NCBI GenBank assembly: GCA_964557025.1
Contig: CAZKYF010000028.1
Coordinates: 2,555 to 66,554, forward strand
Direction of reading: 5' to 3'
DNA: 64,000 nucleotides
Source of the DNA: an uncultured Chromatiales bacterium
Lineage (GTDB): Bacteria > Pseudomonadota > Gammaproteobacteria > Thiohalospirales > Thiohalospiraceae
Made by a program: the position numbers and the translations under genes. The notes beneath the pieces are model-generated. The model did no database searches. It was not told the origin of the DNA and saw only the letters and a program-made list of their open reading frames with translations. This document shows, in pieces, positions 63,259 to 64,000 of this stretch; position 1 is the first letter of the stretch; every line of letters starts with the position of its first letter.

Positions 63259-64000
63259 ATGCGTAACAGAACCGGATTCAAGAATTCCTCCAACGGTCGT
63301 TGTGGAGCCATCTGCCGACGGGTAGTTTTCCTTGGCCTGCTTGTCGTTCCGCTGAGTTTTGTTCAGGCTGCTTTCGAAGGAGTGGTCGATGGCCAGCTCG
63401 CCGCATTAGGAGACAAGGAGGGAGGTGTCGCATGGGCGGACTTCAACGGAGATCACTGTCTGGATGCTGCCATTGCCACCGATCAAGGGGCTCTCGTGTA
63501 TCAACAGAGAAGCGTTGAAGGAAGTTGCAGTGGAACGTTTTCCCTCGCTGCCAGCTTCAATGATGCAGTACCTGTCCGTTCAGTGATCTGGGGTGATTTC
63601 GACAACGATGGACAGGTCGATCTGGCGATTAACGCCTCACGTCTGGTGGTTGTTCTCGACAACACGAATGGTCAGGCATCCGGATTTACTGTTGCTGCGC
63701 GGCTTACCCCTGGCAACTCTGAAGGAATGGCCTGGATCGATCACGATGCCGATGGCGATCTCGATTTGTTACTGGAAAACAATGATTTCGGATTGCGGAT
63801 CTATCTTAACGATGCTGGGCTGAGCAATGAGCGTTATGTGGATATTCATACAGGAGCTGTCAACGGTGAGTATTTGGCGGCCACTGATCTCGATGCTGAT
63901 GGCGACGTGGATTTCTATGTGCGTCGCCCCGGGACGGCAGACACCGATGCCGAGGCGGATCTGTTCATTAACCAGAATGGAGTTTTTTCCCGCAACGTTA
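63259..64000 (+). CDS. FG-GAP/VCBS-repeat secreted protein (ASPIC/UnbV-like), 5' part; continues beyond window
   Basis: Not in the ORF track because there is no stop inside the window. ATG 63259 is 7 nt after GGAG. My translation is MRNRTGFKNSSNGRCGAICRRVVFLGLLVVPLSFVQA (signal) followed by ADFNGDHCLD, WGDFDNDGQVDL, WIDHDADGDLDLL and ATDLDADGDVDFY. These are FG-GAP-type Ca-binding loops. Confidence 0.8.
   Translation, partial: MRNRTGFKNSSNGRCGAICRRVVFLGLLVVPLSFVQAAFEGVVDGQLAALGDKEGGVAWADFNGDHCLDAAIATDQGALVYQQRSVEGSCSGTFSLAASFNDAVPVRSVIWGDFDNDGQVDLAINASRLVVVLDNTNGQASGFTVAARLTPGNSEGMAWIDHDADGDLDLLLENNDFGLRIYLNDAGLSNERYVDIHTGAVNGEYLAATDLDADGDVDFYVRRPGTADTDAEADLFINQNGVFSRNV

Overview
This is a 64-kb chromosomal segment from a visibly GC-rich (strong GC3 bias) Gammaproteobacterium. 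I support about 50 protein-coding genes and 3 tRNAs in a glyW-cysT-leuZ-type operon. I saw no rRNA, CRISPR array, IS element, integrase or prophage gene. Many long ORFs in the track are antisense or alternative-frame shadows of real genes, and I trimmed several track ORFs to internal starts. The backbone is housekeeping: slt (partial), hrpA, serB, pgm, htpG, lapAB-pyrF, maf-purB, tamAB, dapC-dapD-yffB-dapE, sohB. Five stretches look accessory. (1) 4.7-10.1 kb holds an orphan cheR plus two cytoplasm-sensing chemoreceptors, one a soluble CZB-domain receptor and one Aer-like. (2) 32.3-38.1 kb holds two translationally coupled dynamin-like GTPases abutting tRNA-Leu, plus a secreted alpha/beta-hydrolase fusion. 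(3) 40.2-46.6 kb holds a TolC-MFP-RND efflux operon ending in a DUF2892 membrane protein and an ArsR-family regulator with the SqrR/BigR two-cysteine spacing. (4) 49-55.3 kb holds a lipoprotein with a recently triplicated Cys-pair module, a hemerythrin-like protein, and a trxC-ftsH(paralog)-zinc-ribbon operon. (5) 55.4-64 kb is a surface/secretome cluster: a PrcB-like lipoprotein coupled to an S8 lipoprotein protease, a 1.3-kaa TSP3/OmpA chimera, and an FG-GAP protein. The observation I rate highest is inside the giant ORF at about 61.53-61.80 kb. A C-terminal-type sorting signal is followed by an SD+ATG in another frame. One extra T in a T4 run would join that ATG to a textbook signal peptide and a complete OmpA-type protein. 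This suggests two genes fused by a homopolymer indel, a sequencing error, or a slippage site. All functional calls come from motif recognition by eye; no database search was run.
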